DNA of 64,000 nucleotides from Hydrurus foetidus (taxonomy: Eukaryota). Made by a program: the position numbers and the translations under genes. The notes under the pieces are model-generated. The model saw nothing but the letters and a program-made list of their open reading frames with translations. It made no database searches and was not told where the DNA came from. Of the stretch, positions 42,501-52,429 are shown one piece after another. Position 1 is the stretch's first letter. Every line of letters begins with the position of its first letter. The stretch is taken from contig UYFQ01000001.1 in assembly GCA_900617105.1 (NCBI GenBank), forward strand, positions 3,224,001-3,288,000, given 5' to 3'.

Positions 42501-42568
42501 AAAACCCAGCAAAGTTTGTCAAAGCCAAGACGCTGGACGATATGCTGCCTGTGCGTAGCCTTCACTGA
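39539..42568 (+). CDS. res: Type III restriction endonuclease Res subunit
   Basis: METGTGKT, VDEPQ, RYSATH, ALREGWD, QTIGRGLR and the C-terminal PD-(D/E)xK motif YNPDWA...VETK. Confidence 0.95.
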   Translation: MNLQFEHNLDYQRAAIDAVCGLFMGQELCRTEFTVSHNAPGYGQTLGQNLDFAGQVVQQQMGLGLAESELGIGNRLSLLDDDLLKNLNAVQLRNGLALSPTLESGDFTVEMETGTGKTYVYLRTLFELNQKFGFTKFVIVVPSVAIKEGVYKSLQIMAPHFKTLYAGVPFDYFLYDSAKPGPVRNFATSPHMQIMVVTVGAINKKDVNNLYKESEKTGGEKPIDLIRATRPIVVVDEPQSVDGGLEGSGKKALEAMNPLCTLRYSATHATKHHMVYKLDAVDAYERQLVKQIEVASLDVEGGHNLPYVKLLGVGFEAKKPIAEIELDVQSKTGSIKRTAKKVRVDDDLEQVTKNAMYANYVVGEFSAKTGAQYLDLRFPGGEEQLTVGQAVGDVDDDAIKRMMIKRTIREHLDKELRLRPKGIKVLSLFFIDTVANYRQYSADGVAAQGKFARMFEEEYTAYAKSNKYKSLFKEVDLTAPASGVHDGYFSIDKKGGWTDTGESNQTGRDSAERAYNLIMKDKERLLSFDTPLKFIFSHSALREGWDNPNVFQICNLREINTERERRQTIGRGLRLCVDQTGQRLRGFEVNTLTVIANESYEDFADKLQKEMEAETGIRFGVVEGHAFAQLAVAGADGDADVLGAERSEAIAQHLKSLGLINAAGKVQDSLRQALRDNTVPIPPELEAWKAQIIERLRKLAGKLDIKNADDKKVIPLRREVYLSPDFKALWDCIKHRTTYRVAFDNAKLLDTCARALQEAPRVTPTRARFRKADLSIGRGGVDAVGTSDSVHETLAETIPLPDLLTELQDRTQLTRRSLVDVLQRSGRLDDFKINPQQFIDLAATYINRYKQHAIVDGIRYTRLGDNHVWAQELFETTELLGYLNTLQTEKSVYESVLYDSDIERTFADALEKNDSVKLYVKLPSWFKIPTPLGSYNPDWAVVVDHGGEDKLYFVVETKGSMMALDLRTGESDKIDCGAKHFDALAAGENPAKFVKAKTLDDMLPVRSLH

Positions 42569-42599
42569 ATTTGCACTTCCTTCAACCGAGAAAATCACC

Positions 42600-43445
42600 A
42601 TGCAATGCTTCACCCTGACCCAAACCCAGCACATCGCCCACCTGGTGCTTTGCCGCCCGGAGGCGCTGAACACCATGCACCCGCTGTTTTGGCGTGAGCT
42701 GGACGGCGTGCTGACGCAAATTCACCGGGAGGGCACTGCGCGCGTGCTGGTGTTGTCGTCTACTGGCAAGCACTTCAGTGCGGGCATGGCGCTTGATACC
42801 TTTAGCAGCGCGATTGCCATGGACGACCAAAGCCCTGAGGGGCGCGCTGCGATGTTTGACGTGCTGACCGACATGCAAGCCACGTTCACCAAGTTAGAGG
42901 CGCTGCGCATCCCGGTGATCGCCGCCATTCAGGGCGGCTGCATTGGCGGCGCGGTAGACATGGTGACGGCCTGCTGCATGCGCTACGCAACTACTGACGC
43001 TTTCTTTTGCATTCAAGAAATCAACATCGGCATGGTCGCTGACGTGGGTACGCTGCAGCGCATGCCCAAGCTGATCCCCGAGGCTATCGTTAAAGAGTAC
43101 GCCTACACCGGGCGGCGTATGCCTGCTGCCAAAGCTCTGGCGTATGGCCTGGTCAACGAAGTGTTTGAATCGCCTGAAGCCATGCTGGCCGCCGCCCTGC
43201 AAACCGCCGCTGAGATCGCCAGCAAACCACCGGTAGCGATTTGGGGCACCAAGCAAGCCATTGCCTACACGCGTGACCACAGCACTGAAGATGCGCTTAA
43301 ACAAATGGGCTGGCTGCAGGCCGGTATTTGGAGCAACGCTCACGTGCGCGAGGCGGTGAGCGCTATGCAACAAAAACGCGCTGGCGAATTTACGCCACTG
43401 ACCAAGCTGGTGTCATTCAAAGACCACCAGATCAAGCAAGCTTGA
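42600..43445 (+). CDS. Enoyl-CoA hydratase/isomerase (crotonase) family protein
   Basis: [15 protein letters not shown] and DVGTLQRMP. Confidence 0.92.
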   Translation: MQCFTLTQTQHIAHLVLCRPEALNTMHPLFWRELDGVLTQIHREGTARVLVLSSTGKHFSAGMALDTFSSAIAMDDQSPEGRAAMFDVLTDMQATFTKLEALRIPVIAAIQGGCIGGAVDMVTACCMRYATTDAFFCIQEINIGMVADVGTLQRMPKLIPEAIVKEYAYTGRRMPAAKALAYGLVNEVFESPEAMLAAALQTAAEIASKPPVAIWGTKQAIAYTRDHSTEDALKQMGWLQAGIWSNAHVREAVSAMQQKRAGEFTPLTKLVSFKDHQIKQA

Positions 43446-44308
43446 AAAATAAACTCACCCTTTACCTGCAGCTGATCCGCTGGGACCGCCCCGCCGGCTG
43501 GCTGCTGCTGCTGTGGCCCACGCTGTCGGCGCTGTGGTTGGCTTCACATGGCTTTCCCGGCTGGCATTTGCTGGTTGTTTTTACGCTCGGTACGTTTTTA
43601 ATGCGCAGCGCAGGCTGCTGCTTGAACGACGTGGCCGACCGCGACTTTGACAAGCACGTCAAACGAACTGCTCAAAGGCCTGTGACCAGTGGCAAGCTGA
43701 GCAGTAAAGAAGCGTTGGCTGTGGGCGCTGTATTGGCGCTGTGTGCGTTTGGCTTGGTGCTCACCACCAACATCACCGCCATCACATGGTCGTTCGCCGC
43801 GCTGGGTATAGCCATCGTCTACCCGTTCGCCAAGCGCTATGTGGCCATGCCGCAAGCGGTGCTGGGCGTGGCGTTCAGTTTTGGCATACCCATGGCGTTT
43901 GCGGCTGTGCAGTCGCGGGTGCCGCTGCTGGCTTGGATGCTGCTGATGGGCAACTTGTTTTGGGTGATTGCGTACGACACCGAATACGCCATGGTTGACC
44001 GTGACGACGACTTGAAAATCGGCATGAAAACCTCGGCGATTACCTTCGGGCGGTTTGACGTGGCGGCGGTGGCCGCAAGCTATGCAATATACCTTGCAAT
44101 ATGGTATTTCGTGCTTTTTACCCAAGTAATACGGGCGCAAGCAGCTATATTATTAGTAGCTATTGGCGTAGCTTTGGCACAAGCCGTTCGGCACATCATG
44201 CTGATTCGTAAGCGCCAGCGCGACGATTGCTTTAAGGCTTTTCGCCTTAATCACTGGCTGGGGTTCACTGTGTTTTTGGGTATTGCGGCCGCGTATGCCG
44301 CTTTGTAA
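43442..44308 (+). CDS. ubiA: 4-hydroxybenzoate octaprenyltransferase
   Basis: [22 protein letters not shown] and [16 protein letters not shown] start overlaps the upstream stop. Confidence 0.95.
   Translation: MKNKLTLYLQLIRWDRPAGWLLLLWPTLSALWLASHGFPGWHLLVVFTLGTFLMRSAGCCLNDVADRDFDKHVKRTAQRPVTSGKLSSKEALAVGAVLALCAFGLVLTTNITAITWSFAALGIAIVYPFAKRYVAMPQAVLGVAFSFGIPMAFAAVQSRVPLLAWMLLMGNLFWVIAYDTEYAMVDRDDDLKIGMKTSAITFGRFDVAAVAASYAIYLAIWYFVLFTQVIRAQAAILLVAIGVALAQAVRHIMLIRKRQRDDCFKAFRLNHWLGFTVFLGIAAAYAAL
44118..44160 (+). repeat. 43-bp dispersed motif, copy 8 (inside ubiA)
   Basis: TTACCCAAGTAATACGGGCGCAAGCAGCTATATTATTAGTAGC; encodes [14 protein letters not shown]. Confidence 0.85.
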
Positions 44309-44335
44309 AAACCAGCTTGTAAGAATTAGCTGGGT

Positions 44336-45235
44336 TTAGTCCGCACCAAACTCGTCGCCCATTTCTGTTGCGCGGTTTTTGGCTGCCTGCATGGCGCGAA
44401 TAAACAGCGTTTTCACATCGTCTTTTTCAAGGCTGGTGATAGCCGCATGGGTGGTGCCGCCTTTGGACGTTACCCGCGCGCGCAGCACTTCTGCAGGTTC
44501 TGCCGAACCTTTGGCCAATGCCGCCGCGCCTAAAAATGTGCCCACTGCCAGCTTGTGCGCCTGCGCGTAGGTCAGCCCCATTCCCACGCCGGCTTGCACC
44601 ATGGCCTCAATAAAGTAAAAAACATAAGCTGGGCCCGAACCCGACAACGCCGTCACCGCGTCCAGCTGCGTTTCATCGCCCAGCCATATCAAACTGCCCG
44701 TGGGTTTAATTACCCGCTCAATGCGTTCTCGGTCAGCAACGCCCACAGCGTCGCGCGAAAAAAGCGCCGTCATGCCCTTGCCCACCAGCGCCGGTGTGTT
44801 CGGCATGGCCCGAACCACGCGCTGCGCGCCCAGCCAGTGGGCAATGGCCTGGCTGCGAATACCCGCCGCCACGCTCAAGTGCAGCGCAGTTTTAACGTGA
44901 AAGCGCGACTGCAGCGCGGCTTCTTTAAAAATTTGCGGCTTGACGGCCCACACCACCAAGTCAGCGCTAGCTAGTTGCGCGCCCGGCACTTCATTGACTT
45001 GAACGCCAAACTTTTCTTGCAACTTTACGCGCTGCTCTGCCGAGGGTTCCACCACTTGAATGTTGGCGGCGGGCGTGCCCTTTTTCAGCAAGCCACCAAT
45101 CATCGCGCTGGCCATGTTGCCGCCACCGATGAAGGCGATTTTGTCTGGCGAGGCGGTGGAGTGGCTGCTTGAGCCGCCTGTTGATTTGCTGGCGGATGCA
45201 GGGGTTGCTGCGGTGCGCGATGAGGAGGTAGCCAT
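44336..45235 (-). CDS. proC: Pyrroline-5-carboxylate reductase
   Basis: IGGGNMA, RAMPNTP, ALSGSGPAY and VTSKGGTT; Ser/Thr-rich N-terminal extension. Confidence 0.96.
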   Translation of the reverse strand: MATSSSRTAATPASASKSTGGSSSHSTASPDKIAFIGGGNMASAMIGGLLKKGTPAANIQVVEPSAEQRVKLQEKFGVQVNEVPGAQLASADLVVWAVKPQIFKEAALQSRFHVKTALHLSVAAGIRSQAIAHWLGAQRVVRAMPNTPALVGKGMTALFSRDAVGVADRERIERVIKPTGSLIWLGDETQLDAVTALSGSGPAYVFYFIEAMVQAGVGMGLTYAQAHKLAVGTFLGAAALAKGSAEPAEVLRARVTSKGGTTHAAITSLEKDDVKTLFIRAMQAAKNRATEMGDEFGAD

Positions 45236-45573
45236 AAATTTGATCTCAGAGGAACTTGCTTATTTATCAACTTACTTATTGACTGGCCCGTGCGGCCAAT
45301 AACAAAATTGCAGGACGGCACTGAATGTTATCTGGTCACGGTGCCACAAAATGTGTGAAAAAGTGTGGCGCGTGTCGCGCGTGCGGACATCGAAGATCCG
45401 TGTACCTGTCAAGGGCCCGCTTCTTCAGGGCCACGATGTTCAAGCATGCGGGCTTGGTAGAGGTTTCGCGCGCCCCGCTGCAAGGGCACAAACAGCACAC
45501 ATCAGCTACCAGACCGCCCAAAATCCCCCGCGTAACCGCCCTGTACCCAGCGTCACACAAGCGTGTGAAAATA

Positions 45574-45588
45574 TGAAACTAAATTACA
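45574..45588. promoter_or_regulatory. Candidate HexR (RpiR-family) operator upstream of pyk
   Basis: TGAAACTAAATTACA, an imperfect TGWAA...TTWCA dyad just before the RBS; pyk is a known HexR-regulon member in proteobacteria. Confidence 0.45.
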
Positions 45589-45603
45589 TCAAGGATTCTC
45601 GCC

Positions 45604-47037
45604 ATGCCACGTCGCGCCACCAAAATCGTTGCCACTCTTGGCCCGGCATCGAGCACGCCCGAAATGCTTCACGCCTTGATCGTGGCGGGTGTCAATGTGG
45701 TGCGGCTGAATTTCAGCCACGGCAAGGCGCAAGACCACATCAACTTGGCCGCCCTGGTGCGTGAAGCTGCCCAGCGCGCCGGGCGTGAGGTGGGCATCAT
45801 GGCCGACCTGCAGGGCCCGAAAATTCGCGTGGGCAAGTTTGCAGAAGGCAAGGTGTTGTTGGTACCGGGCGAAAAATTTGTGCTCGACGCATCGCGTGCC
45901 GAGCCCGGAAACTTGCAAGGCGTGGGACTTGACTACAAAGAGCTGCCGCGCGATGTGAAAGCAGGCGACGTGCTGCTGCTCAACGACGGGCTGATCGTGC
46001 TGACCGTTGACCGCGTGGTAGGCGAGGCGGTGCACACCACCGTCAAACTCGGCGGTGAGCTGTCTAACAACAAAGGCATCAACAAACAAGGCGGCGGGCT
46101 GACCGCACCGGCGCTAACCGCCAAAGACATGGAAGACATCAAAACCGCGATGAGCTTTCAGGCCGACTACGTTGCCGTGAGTTTTCCGAAAAATGCGACC
46201 GATATGGAAATGGCGCGCCAGCTGTGCAACGTGGCCGCAGCCCAGTACAAACACAAGCCGGGGCTGATCGCCAAAATCGAGCGTGCAGAAGCCATTCCTA
46301 ACCTTGAAGAAATTTTGCGTGTCAGCGACGGCATCATGGTGGCACGCGGCGACCTGGCTGTTGAAGTCGGTAACGCGGCAGTACCAGCGTTGCAAAAGCG
46401 CATGATCAAAATGGCGCGCGCGCAAGACAAGGTGGTGATTACCGCCACGCAAATGATGGAAAGCATGATTCTGAATCCGGTGCCCACTAGAGCCGAGGTA
46501 AGCGACGTGGCCAACGCAGTGCTGGACGGCACCGACGCAGTCATGCTGTCGGCTGAAACCGCAGCAGGCAAGTTCCCACTGGAAACGGTTATCGAGATGG
46601 CCAACATTTGCCTCGAAGCCGAAAAAGCCGAGTACAAGGAAATCGATGCTGACTTCAGTGGCAAGCAATTTGCCCGCATTGACCAGTCAATTGCCATGGG
46701 CGCGCTGTTCACGGCCAGCCACTTGGGCGCCAAGGCCATCGTGGCACTGACCGACAGCGGCTCTACCCCGCTGTGGATGAGCCGCCATGACATTCGCGTG
46801 CCGATTTATGCGCTTACCCCGCGAGTCAGCACGCAGCGCAAGATGACGCTGTTTAGAAACGTTCGCCCACTTTTGATGGACACCAGCATCGACCGCGACA
46901 CCGCGCTTGAACAAGCCGAAGGCCATCTGCTCAGCCGCCAGATTGTGCAAAGCGGCGACGTGTACGCCATTACTTGCGGCGAGCCCATGGGCGCGCCGGG
47001 CGGCACGAATATGCTGAAGATTTGCCGGGTGGTTTAA
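45604..47037 (+). CDS. pyk: Pyruvate kinase
   Basis: TKIVATLGPAS, RLNFSHG, DLQGPKIR, MVARGDL and ATQMMESM. Confidence 0.98.
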   Translation: MPRRATKIVATLGPASSTPEMLHALIVAGVNVVRLNFSHGKAQDHINLAALVREAAQRAGREVGIMADLQGPKIRVGKFAEGKVLLVPGEKFVLDASRAEPGNLQGVGLDYKELPRDVKAGDVLLLNDGLIVLTVDRVVGEAVHTTVKLGGELSNNKGINKQGGGLTAPALTAKDMEDIKTAMSFQADYVAVSFPKNATDMEMARQLCNVAAAQYKHKPGLIAKIERAEAIPNLEEILRVSDGIMVARGDLAVEVGNAAVPALQKRMIKMARAQDKVVITATQMMESMILNPVPTRAEVSDVANAVLDGTDAVMLSAETAAGKFPLETVIEMANICLEAEKAEYKEIDADFSGKQFARIDQSIAMGALFTASHLGAKAIVALTDSGSTPLWMSRHDIRVPIYALTPRVSTQRKMTLFRNVRPLLMDTSIDRDTALEQAEGHLLSRQIVQSGDVYAITCGEPMGAPGGTNMLKICRVV

Positions 47038-47080
47038 GCCGCGCTTCACATTTTTCTTACAGCGATTTGCGCTGCAGGCT

Positions 47081-47106
47081 GAATCCATTTCGGCGCCCAG
47101 CGCGTA
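47081..47106 (+). promoter_or_regulatory. Candidate RpoE/ChrR-type (ECF11) promoter
   Basis: GAATCC-N15-GCGTA, ending 15 bp before the hydrolase ATG; same spacing as the site at 15463. Confidence 0.5.
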
Positions 47107-47120
47107 AAGTAGGTATCACC

Positions 47121-48017
47121 ATGAATCTGCTGAACCTACCTTTGCCCCGCCGCTCCCTCCTTGCCATGTTGCCCGCGCTGCTGTCGGCTTGCTCGGCGGT
47201 CGATGTGCTCAACGCCACCGTTTCTTCTGACACTTACCGCTATTTGCCTGACTTGCCTTATGGCGATCAGCTGCGGCAAAAACTCGATGTGTATATGCCG
47301 TTGCCCGCTGCCAGCGGCAAGCCGAACAACGGCAACGGCGCGCCAATGGTGGTGTTTTTTTACGGCGGCAGCTGGTCTTCAGGTGACCGCGCAGACTACC
47401 GTTTTGTAGGCGAGGCGCTGGCGTCAACTGGCATCATCACGCTGGTGGCTGACTACCGCTTGAGCCCCGAGGTGCGTTACCCCGTGTTTGTGCAAGACAG
47501 CGCTTTGGCCATGCGCTGGGCGTTTGCCAATGCCGAAAAGTACGGCGCTGACCCTGCCCGCATTTTTGTCATGGGGCACAGCGCCGGTGCCTACAACGCT
47601 GCGATGTTGGCCCTCGATAAGCGCTGGTTGGGTGCCGTTGGTTTGGACCCCGCCAGGCTTGCTGGCTGGATAGGCTTGGCCGGGCCATACGATTTTTTGC
47701 CGATTGGTGACCGCAAAACGCAAGTGGCGTTTGAATGGCCCCAAACCGCCCCTGACAGCCAACCGATGTTTCATGTGTCAAGCGCGTCTCCTGCAGCGCT
47801 GCTCATTGCGCCTGAAAAAGACACCGTGGTCGACCCACAGCGCAGCACCGTGTCGCTTGCCCGCCGCTTGAAGGGTGCAGGCGTTCGGGTTGAGAGCGAG
47901 TTGTATGACACGGTGAGCCATGTCACGTTGATTGCCAGCATGGCCTCGGTGCTGCGCAGCCGCGCGCCCGTGCTGGAGCGGGTCAGTGCCTTCGTCAAGG
48001 CAAACGCTAGAATCTAG
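47121..48017 (+). CDS. Alpha/beta hydrolase (esterase/lipase-like) lipoprotein
   Basis: Lipobox LSAC, FYGGSW and nucleophile motif GHSAG. Confidence 0.9.
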   Translation: MNLLNLPLPRRSLLAMLPALLSACSAVDVLNATVSSDTYRYLPDLPYGDQLRQKLDVYMPLPAASGKPNNGNGAPMVVFFYGGSWSSGDRADYRFVGEALASTGIITLVADYRLSPEVRYPVFVQDSALAMRWAFANAEKYGADPARIFVMGHSAGAYNAAMLALDKRWLGAVGLDPARLAGWIGLAGPYDFLPIGDRKTQVAFEWPQTAPDSQPMFHVSSASPAALLIAPEKDTVVDPQRSTVSLARRLKGAGVRVESELYDTVSHVTLIASMASVLRSRAPVLERVSAFVKANARI

Positions 48018-48097
48018 CTTCATTTTGGCAGGCAGTTACGGCGCGGTTACACGGCGCAGCTTACTGCGCCAGCACTCTTAGATTTTTAGGATTTTTC

Positions 48098-49162
48098 ATG
48101 GCACTCGTATCAATGCGTGAGCTGCTGGACCACGCCGCAGTCAATGGCTACGGCATTCCAGCGTTCAACGTCAACAACCTAGAGCAAGTGCAAGCCGTGA
48201 TGGCGGCGGCTGATGAGGTCGGCGCTCCGGTGATTTTGCAAGCCAGCGCAGGCGCGCGCAAGTACGCTGGTGAGGCATTTATCAAGCACCTGATTGCCGC
48301 CGCCATTGAAGCCTACCCGCACATTCCGCTGGTCATGCACCAAGACCACGGGCAAAGCCCCGACGTATGCCAAGGCGCAATCAATTTGGGCTTTAGCTCA
48401 GTCATGATGGACGGCTCATTGATGGCCGACGGCAAAACCATTGCCGACTACGACTACAACGTCGACGTGACCCGCAAGGTCGTAGACATGGCGCACAAGG
48501 TCGGCGTGTCAGTTGAAGGCGAGCTGGGTTGCCTGGGCAGTTTAGAGACCATGCAGGGTGAAAAAGAAGACGGCCACGGCACCGACGCCATCATGACGCA
48601 CGACCAGTTGCTGACCGACCCCGAGCAGGCGGCCGATTTTGTTAAACGCACGCAGCTTGATGCGCTGGCCATTGCCATTGGCACCAGCCACGGCGCGTAC
48701 AAGTTCACGCGCAAGCCCACCGGCGACATTCTGGCGATTGAACTCATTAAAGAAATTCACCGCCGCATTCCGAACACGCACCTGGTTATGCACGGCTCGT
48801 CTAGCGTGCCGCAAGACCTGCTCGCCGAAATTCGCATGTACGGCGGCGACATGAAAGAAACCTATGGCGTGCCGGTAGAAGAAATTCAAAAAGCCATTCA
48901 GTTTGGTGTGCGCAAAATCAACATCGACACCGACATTCGTCTGGCGATGACCGCCGCTGTGCGCAAGTTTTTACATGAGAACCCCAGCAAATTTGACGCC
49001 CGCGAATGGTTGCGACCAGCCACGGCTGCTGCCAAAGCCATTTGCAAGCAGCGCTACATCGAGTTCGGCTGCGAAGGCCAGGGCGCAAAGATCAAGGGCG
49101 ACACATTGCAAGTAGTGGCCAGCAAATACGCCAAGGGCGAGCTAGAGCAAGTGGTGCACTAA
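48098..49162 (+). CDS. fba: Fructose-bisphosphate aldolase class II
   Basis: [21 protein letters not shown] and LVMHGSS. Confidence 0.98.
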   Translation: MALVSMRELLDHAAVNGYGIPAFNVNNLEQVQAVMAAADEVGAPVILQASAGARKYAGEAFIKHLIAAAIEAYPHIPLVMHQDHGQSPDVCQGAINLGFSSVMMDGSLMADGKTIADYDYNVDVTRKVVDMAHKVGVSVEGELGCLGSLETMQGEKEDGHGTDAIMTHDQLLTDPEQAADFVKRTQLDALAIAIGTSHGAYKFTRKPTGDILAIELIKEIHRRIPNTHLVMHGSSSVPQDLLAEIRMYGGDMKETYGVPVEEIQKAIQFGVRKINIDTDIRLAMTAAVRKFLHENPSKFDAREWLRPATAAAKAICKQRYIEFGCEGQGAKIKGDTLQVVASKYAKGELEQVVH

Positions 49163-49187
49163 ACGGGATTTCGGGTGGCATAATCGT

Positions 49188-49208
49188 TATACACATCAAA
49201 GGTGTATA
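49188..49208. promoter_or_regulatory. vapBC operator palindrome
   Basis: TATACAC-N7-GTGTATA just before the vapB ATG, with CATAAT immediately upstream. Confidence 0.7.
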
Positions 49209-49211
49209 GCC

Positions 49212-49562
49212 ATGAACACGCGAACCAATATTGTTTTAGACGACGAGCTCGTTGCCCAAGCCATGACGCTTGCGCGGGTGACGACCAAAAAAGCTGCGGT
49301 TGAGGCCGCTTTGAGAGCGTATGTGCGCAAGCCTGATTATTCAAGCCTGCTGGCACTACAAGGTGAAAACTTGATAGACCCCGACTACGACCCAAGGGGG
49401 CCTTACGGTTTGACACAGGCTGCGCTTGAGCGGCGGGGCTGGCACACGTTTGAAGATGCACGTCTGGCGCATGAAAAACAATTCGACGAACGTCACAAAA
49501 AACCTGCAAGTTCTGTCAAGGCTAAATCTAAGCTCGGACGTTCTGCGCGGGCTGCGGCGTGA
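49212..49562 (+). CDS. vapB: VapB-family antitoxin (RHH) with a long C-terminal extension
   Basis: RTNIVLDDELV...TKKAAVEAALR; 4-bp overlap with the PIN gene. Confidence 0.85.
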   Translation: MNTRTNIVLDDELVAQAMTLARVTTKKAAVEAALRAYVRKPDYSSLLALQGENLIDPDYDPRGPYGLTQAALERRGWHTFEDARLAHEKQFDERHKKPASSVKAKSKLGRSARAAA

Positions 49563-49954
49563 TTCTTGACACGTCAGCCTGGATCGAGTTTTTACGGGTT
49601 ACTGGCTCACGCGCTGATCTGGAGCTTAGGCGAGCATTCAAAAATGCCCGTCCTGTGTGGATCCCGGACGTGGTTTACCGCGAGGTCTTGCAAGGCGCAA
49701 GCAACACGCAACATTTCATGCGGTTGCAGACTGCTCTTGATGAGCTTTCTCTTTATACAAGCCCCGACCCGTTTGAGTTGGCGCGCAGCGCGTCATTGCT
49801 CTACGCCCGATGCCGCTGGCAAGGCATCACCATTCGCAGCCCCAACGACTGCCTGATAGCCGCCTGCGCCATTGAAGCTGATGTGCCGCTGCTACATGCT
49901 GACCGCGATTTTTTAACATTGGCGCTGGTGGACAAGCGCTTGAAGCTACTTTGA
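49559..49954 (+). CDS. vapC: VapC PIN-domain toxin
   Basis: [22 protein letters not shown] and HADRDF. Confidence 0.92.
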   Translation: MILDTSAWIEFLRVTGSRADLELRRAFKNARPVWIPDVVYREVLQGASNTQHFMRLQTALDELSLYTSPDPFELARSASLLYARCRWQGITIRSPNDCLIAACAIEADVPLLHADRDFLTLALVDKRLKLL

Positions 49955-49959
49955 TTTTT

Positions 49960-50865
49960 ATGACCACCGTTCACACATCCTCCATCACCTCGGTGCCCCT
50001 GCTGGCCCGAGGCAAAGTTCGCGACAACTACGCTGTGGGCACTGACCGCCTGCTGATGGTGGCAAGCGACCGCATCAGCGCGTTTGATGTGATTTTGGGC
50101 GAGCCCGTGCCCGGCAAGGGCGCGCTGCTCACGCAAATGGCGCTGTTCTGGTTTGACAAACTCGGCCACATTTGCCCCAACCACCTGACGGGCGAAGCGC
50201 CTGAAAGCGTGGTGACTGCAAGCGAGGTGCCGCAAGTTGTTGGCCGGTCGATGCTCGTGAAGCGCCTCAAACCCATCCCGGTAGAAGCCGTGGTACGCGG
50301 CTATTTGGCCGGCAGCGGCTGGGCGGAATACAAGGCGTCGCAGTCTGTGTGCGGTGTGCCGCTGCCAGCAGGCCTAAAAAACGCCAGCAAGCTGCCCGAA
50401 CCCATCTTTACCCCCGCAGCCAAAGCCGCGCAGGGCGAGCATGATGAAAACATCAGCTACGAGAAGGTTGTAGAGGTAGTGGGCGCTGACTTGGCAGAAA
50501 AAATCAAACGCATCAGCATAGAGATTTACCAAACTGCTGCTGCGTTTGCCCTGACCAAAGGCATCATCATTGCCGACACCAAGTTTGAGTTTGGCTTGGA
50601 CGACAACGGCACGCTGACCTTGATGGACGAAGTGCTCACGCCCGACTCGTCCCGCTACTGGCCGATTGAAGGCTACGAAGCCGCCTTTGCAGCGGGCCAA
50701 AACCCACCCAGCTACGACAAGCAATTTGTGCGTGATTGGTTAGAGGCCGTGCGCATCAACGGCAAACCATGGGACAAAACCCCACCCTCACCGCGCCTGC
50801 CTGATGACGTGGTGGCCAAGACGGCGGCGAAGTATCAGGAAGCCTTTACGCGGCTGATGGGTTGA
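49960..50865 (+). CDS. purC: Phosphoribosylaminoimidazolesuccinocarboxamide synthase
   Basis: [35 protein letters not shown] and DKQFVRDWL. Confidence 0.98.
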   Translation: MTTVHTSSITSVPLLARGKVRDNYAVGTDRLLMVASDRISAFDVILGEPVPGKGALLTQMALFWFDKLGHICPNHLTGEAPESVVTASEVPQVVGRSMLVKRLKPIPVEAVVRGYLAGSGWAEYKASQSVCGVPLPAGLKNASKLPEPIFTPAAKAAQGEHDENISYEKVVEVVGADLAEKIKRISIEIYQTAAAFALTKGIIIADTKFEFGLDDNGTLTLMDEVLTPDSSRYWPIEGYEAAFAAGQNPPSYDKQFVRDWLEAVRINGKPWDKTPPSPRLPDDVVAKTAAKYQEAFTRLMG

Positions 50866-51035
50866 TGCCTTGACGCCGTGAGCGCCTCTTCCCCTTCCCC
50901 CGCCGGGGCTGAGGCCTGCGGCTCCAAGTCCGCCAGTGCGGATTTGGACAGGCCAAAGAGCTGTTGCCTCTGGCGGCTGCACGTGGGGTTGGGATGAGGG
51001 CTCGCACGATGCCTCAACAGAAATATAAATCAGTC

Positions 51036-51064
51036 TTGACGCGTACGGAATTTGTACGGATAAT
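51036..51064 (+). promoter_or_regulatory. Sigma70 promoter with an embedded GTAC-N7-GTAC operator
   Basis: TTGACG-N17-GATAAT; the spacer contains GTACGGAATTTGTAC; ATG follows 6 nt after the -10. Confidence 0.75.
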
Positions 51065-51070
51065 CAACAT

Positions 51071-51343
51071 ATGAACGCATCCACCCGAGCCGAACGCATT
51101 GAAATCAGGGCCACGCTTGAACTCAAGGCCAGCCTTGAGAAGGCAGCGCAATTGCAAGATCAAACACTCAGCGCCTTTGTGCTGGCTGCTTCGCGTGATG
51201 CGGCTTCGCGCGTGCTGGGCGACCAAACGCGGTTCATGCTGCCAGCCAAGCAGATGGCGGCCTTTCAAAAGGCACTTGACGCCCCTGCGCGCGACGTGCC
51301 CGGGCTCAAGCGGCTGTTTGCCAAGCCCAGCGTATTTTCTTGA
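51071..51343 (+). CDS. DUF1778 (TacA/AtaR-like) RHH antitoxin
   Basis: RAERIEIR...LEKAAQL...LSAFVL...AFQKALDAP. Confidence 0.9.
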   Translation: MNASTRAERIEIRATLELKASLEKAAQLQDQTLSAFVLAASRDAASRVLGDQTRFMLPAKQMAAFQKALDAPARDVPGLKRLFAKPSVFS

Positions 51344-51840
51344 TGCTTTTCAGTCAGCCCGAGCCGCTTGCTGCAAGCCACGACACCTTATCGTTTGATT
51401 GCGGCAAAGCGCCGTTGAATCAGTTTTTACAGCGCTACGCTTTGGTCAATCAGGCAAATGGCAGCGCCCGCACCTTTGTGAGCTTGTCAGACGGGCAGAT
51501 CAGTGGCTACTACAGCCTGGCAGCCGCGTCTGCCGAGCACGCCACCGTGCCGCTACGCGTCAGCAAAGGCCTGGCCAAGCACCCCATTCCCATGCTGCTG
51601 CTGGCCCGGCTGGCGGTTGACCTGAAAGCCCAAGGCCAAGGCTTGGGGCGAAGCCTGTTGCAAAGCGCACTGGGCAAGTACTTGCAAGCCAGCGAAGTCA
51701 TAGGCTCCAGGGCCTTGATGGTTCACGCGATCGATGAGGCAGCCATCGGGTTCTACCAAAGCTACGGTTTTGAGCCGTCGCCGGTTGATGCGGCGCATTT
51801 GTACTTGCTGACCAAGGATATTCGCAAGACGCTGGGGTGA
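51343..51840 (+). CDS. GNAT acetyltransferase toxin (TacT/AtaT-like)
   Basis: FDCGKAPLNQFL, LLARLAVD, QGQGLG and FYQSYGF; TGATG overlap. Confidence 0.92.
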   Translation: MLFSQPEPLAASHDTLSFDCGKAPLNQFLQRYALVNQANGSARTFVSLSDGQISGYYSLAAASAEHATVPLRVSKGLAKHPIPMLLLARLAVDLKAQGQGLGRSLLQSALGKYLQASEVIGSRALMVHAIDEAAIGFYQSYGFEPSPVDAAHLYLLTKDIRKTLG

Positions 51841-51849
51841 CGGGACGCC

Positions 51850-51924
51850 TCCCGCCTACCGGATGAGGTGATTGCCAAGACGGCGGCGAAGTACCAGGAA
51901 GCTTTGACCCGGCTGATGGCCTGA
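51850..51924 (+). pseudogene. Displaced copy of the purC 3' end (copy 2)
   Basis: Reads [24 protein letters not shown]; 61/72 nt identical to purC 50794-50865 by hand alignment. Confidence 0.9.
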
Positions 51925-51971
51925 ATGTTGTGGTTGTCATTGCGGACTTGATCCGCAATCCGTATAGCACC

Positions 51972-52325
51972 TCATGGCGCAGGTGACTCCACATGAGCCG
52001 CCAAATCCATGCTGTCATGTAAAACGCGAAGCACAGTCAAGATGTCCTCTTCTACCCGGAAGACAAAGAAATGCCGAGGTTTTTCTACATCTGCCCTGGT
52101 CGGTTTTCTGCGACTGAAGCGCAAGTGATAAACAAAGATACCTTGGGGCATGGCAGGATGATGCCGCACACCCAAGCGTGTTGGCTCGGCCAGGAGATCA
52201 GCGAGCGCGGCCTCCATCAAGCCGTCATAGCGCTGGCTGGTTAGTTCGCCAAACTTGGTTAACGTCCAGTCTTGTATCGCCGCCACATCTTGCAGCGCCA
52301 TGGACGTCAATTCTGGGCGAAGCAT
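51972..52325 (-). CDS. parE: ParE/RelE-family toxin
   Basis: ALQDVAAIQDWT..FG, PRHFFVFR and VLRVLHDSMDL. Confidence 0.85.
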   Translation of the reverse strand: MLRPELTSMALQDVAAIQDWTLTKFGELTSQRYDGLMEAALADLLAEPTRLGVRHHPAMPQGIFVYHLRFSRRKPTRADVEKPRHFFVFRVEEDILTVLRVLHDSMDLAAHVESPAP

Positions 52326-52332
52326 TTTCAGT

Positions 52333-52429
52333 CCGTTTTCAGATCATTCGTGAACGCGAAGGCGAAGCGACGATAGTACAGACGTACGGCTAGCGAAGCC
52401 GACAAAGTGCACGGATGATCTGGAAATGG
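52333..52429. repeat. 97-bp hairpin element (ERIC/IRU-like core) between parD and parE
   Basis: 23-bp arms CCGTTTTCAGATCATTCGTGAAC / GTGCACGGATGATCTGGAAATGG; the core begins AAGGCG. Confidence 0.7.

Noticed and set aside
31965..42568. Possible DISARM or BREX system because of SNF2 helicase plus methylase
   Set aside because: No DrmA/DrmB (DUF1998)/DrmC and no PglZ/BrxC. The methylase and nuclease are canonical type III Mod and Res.
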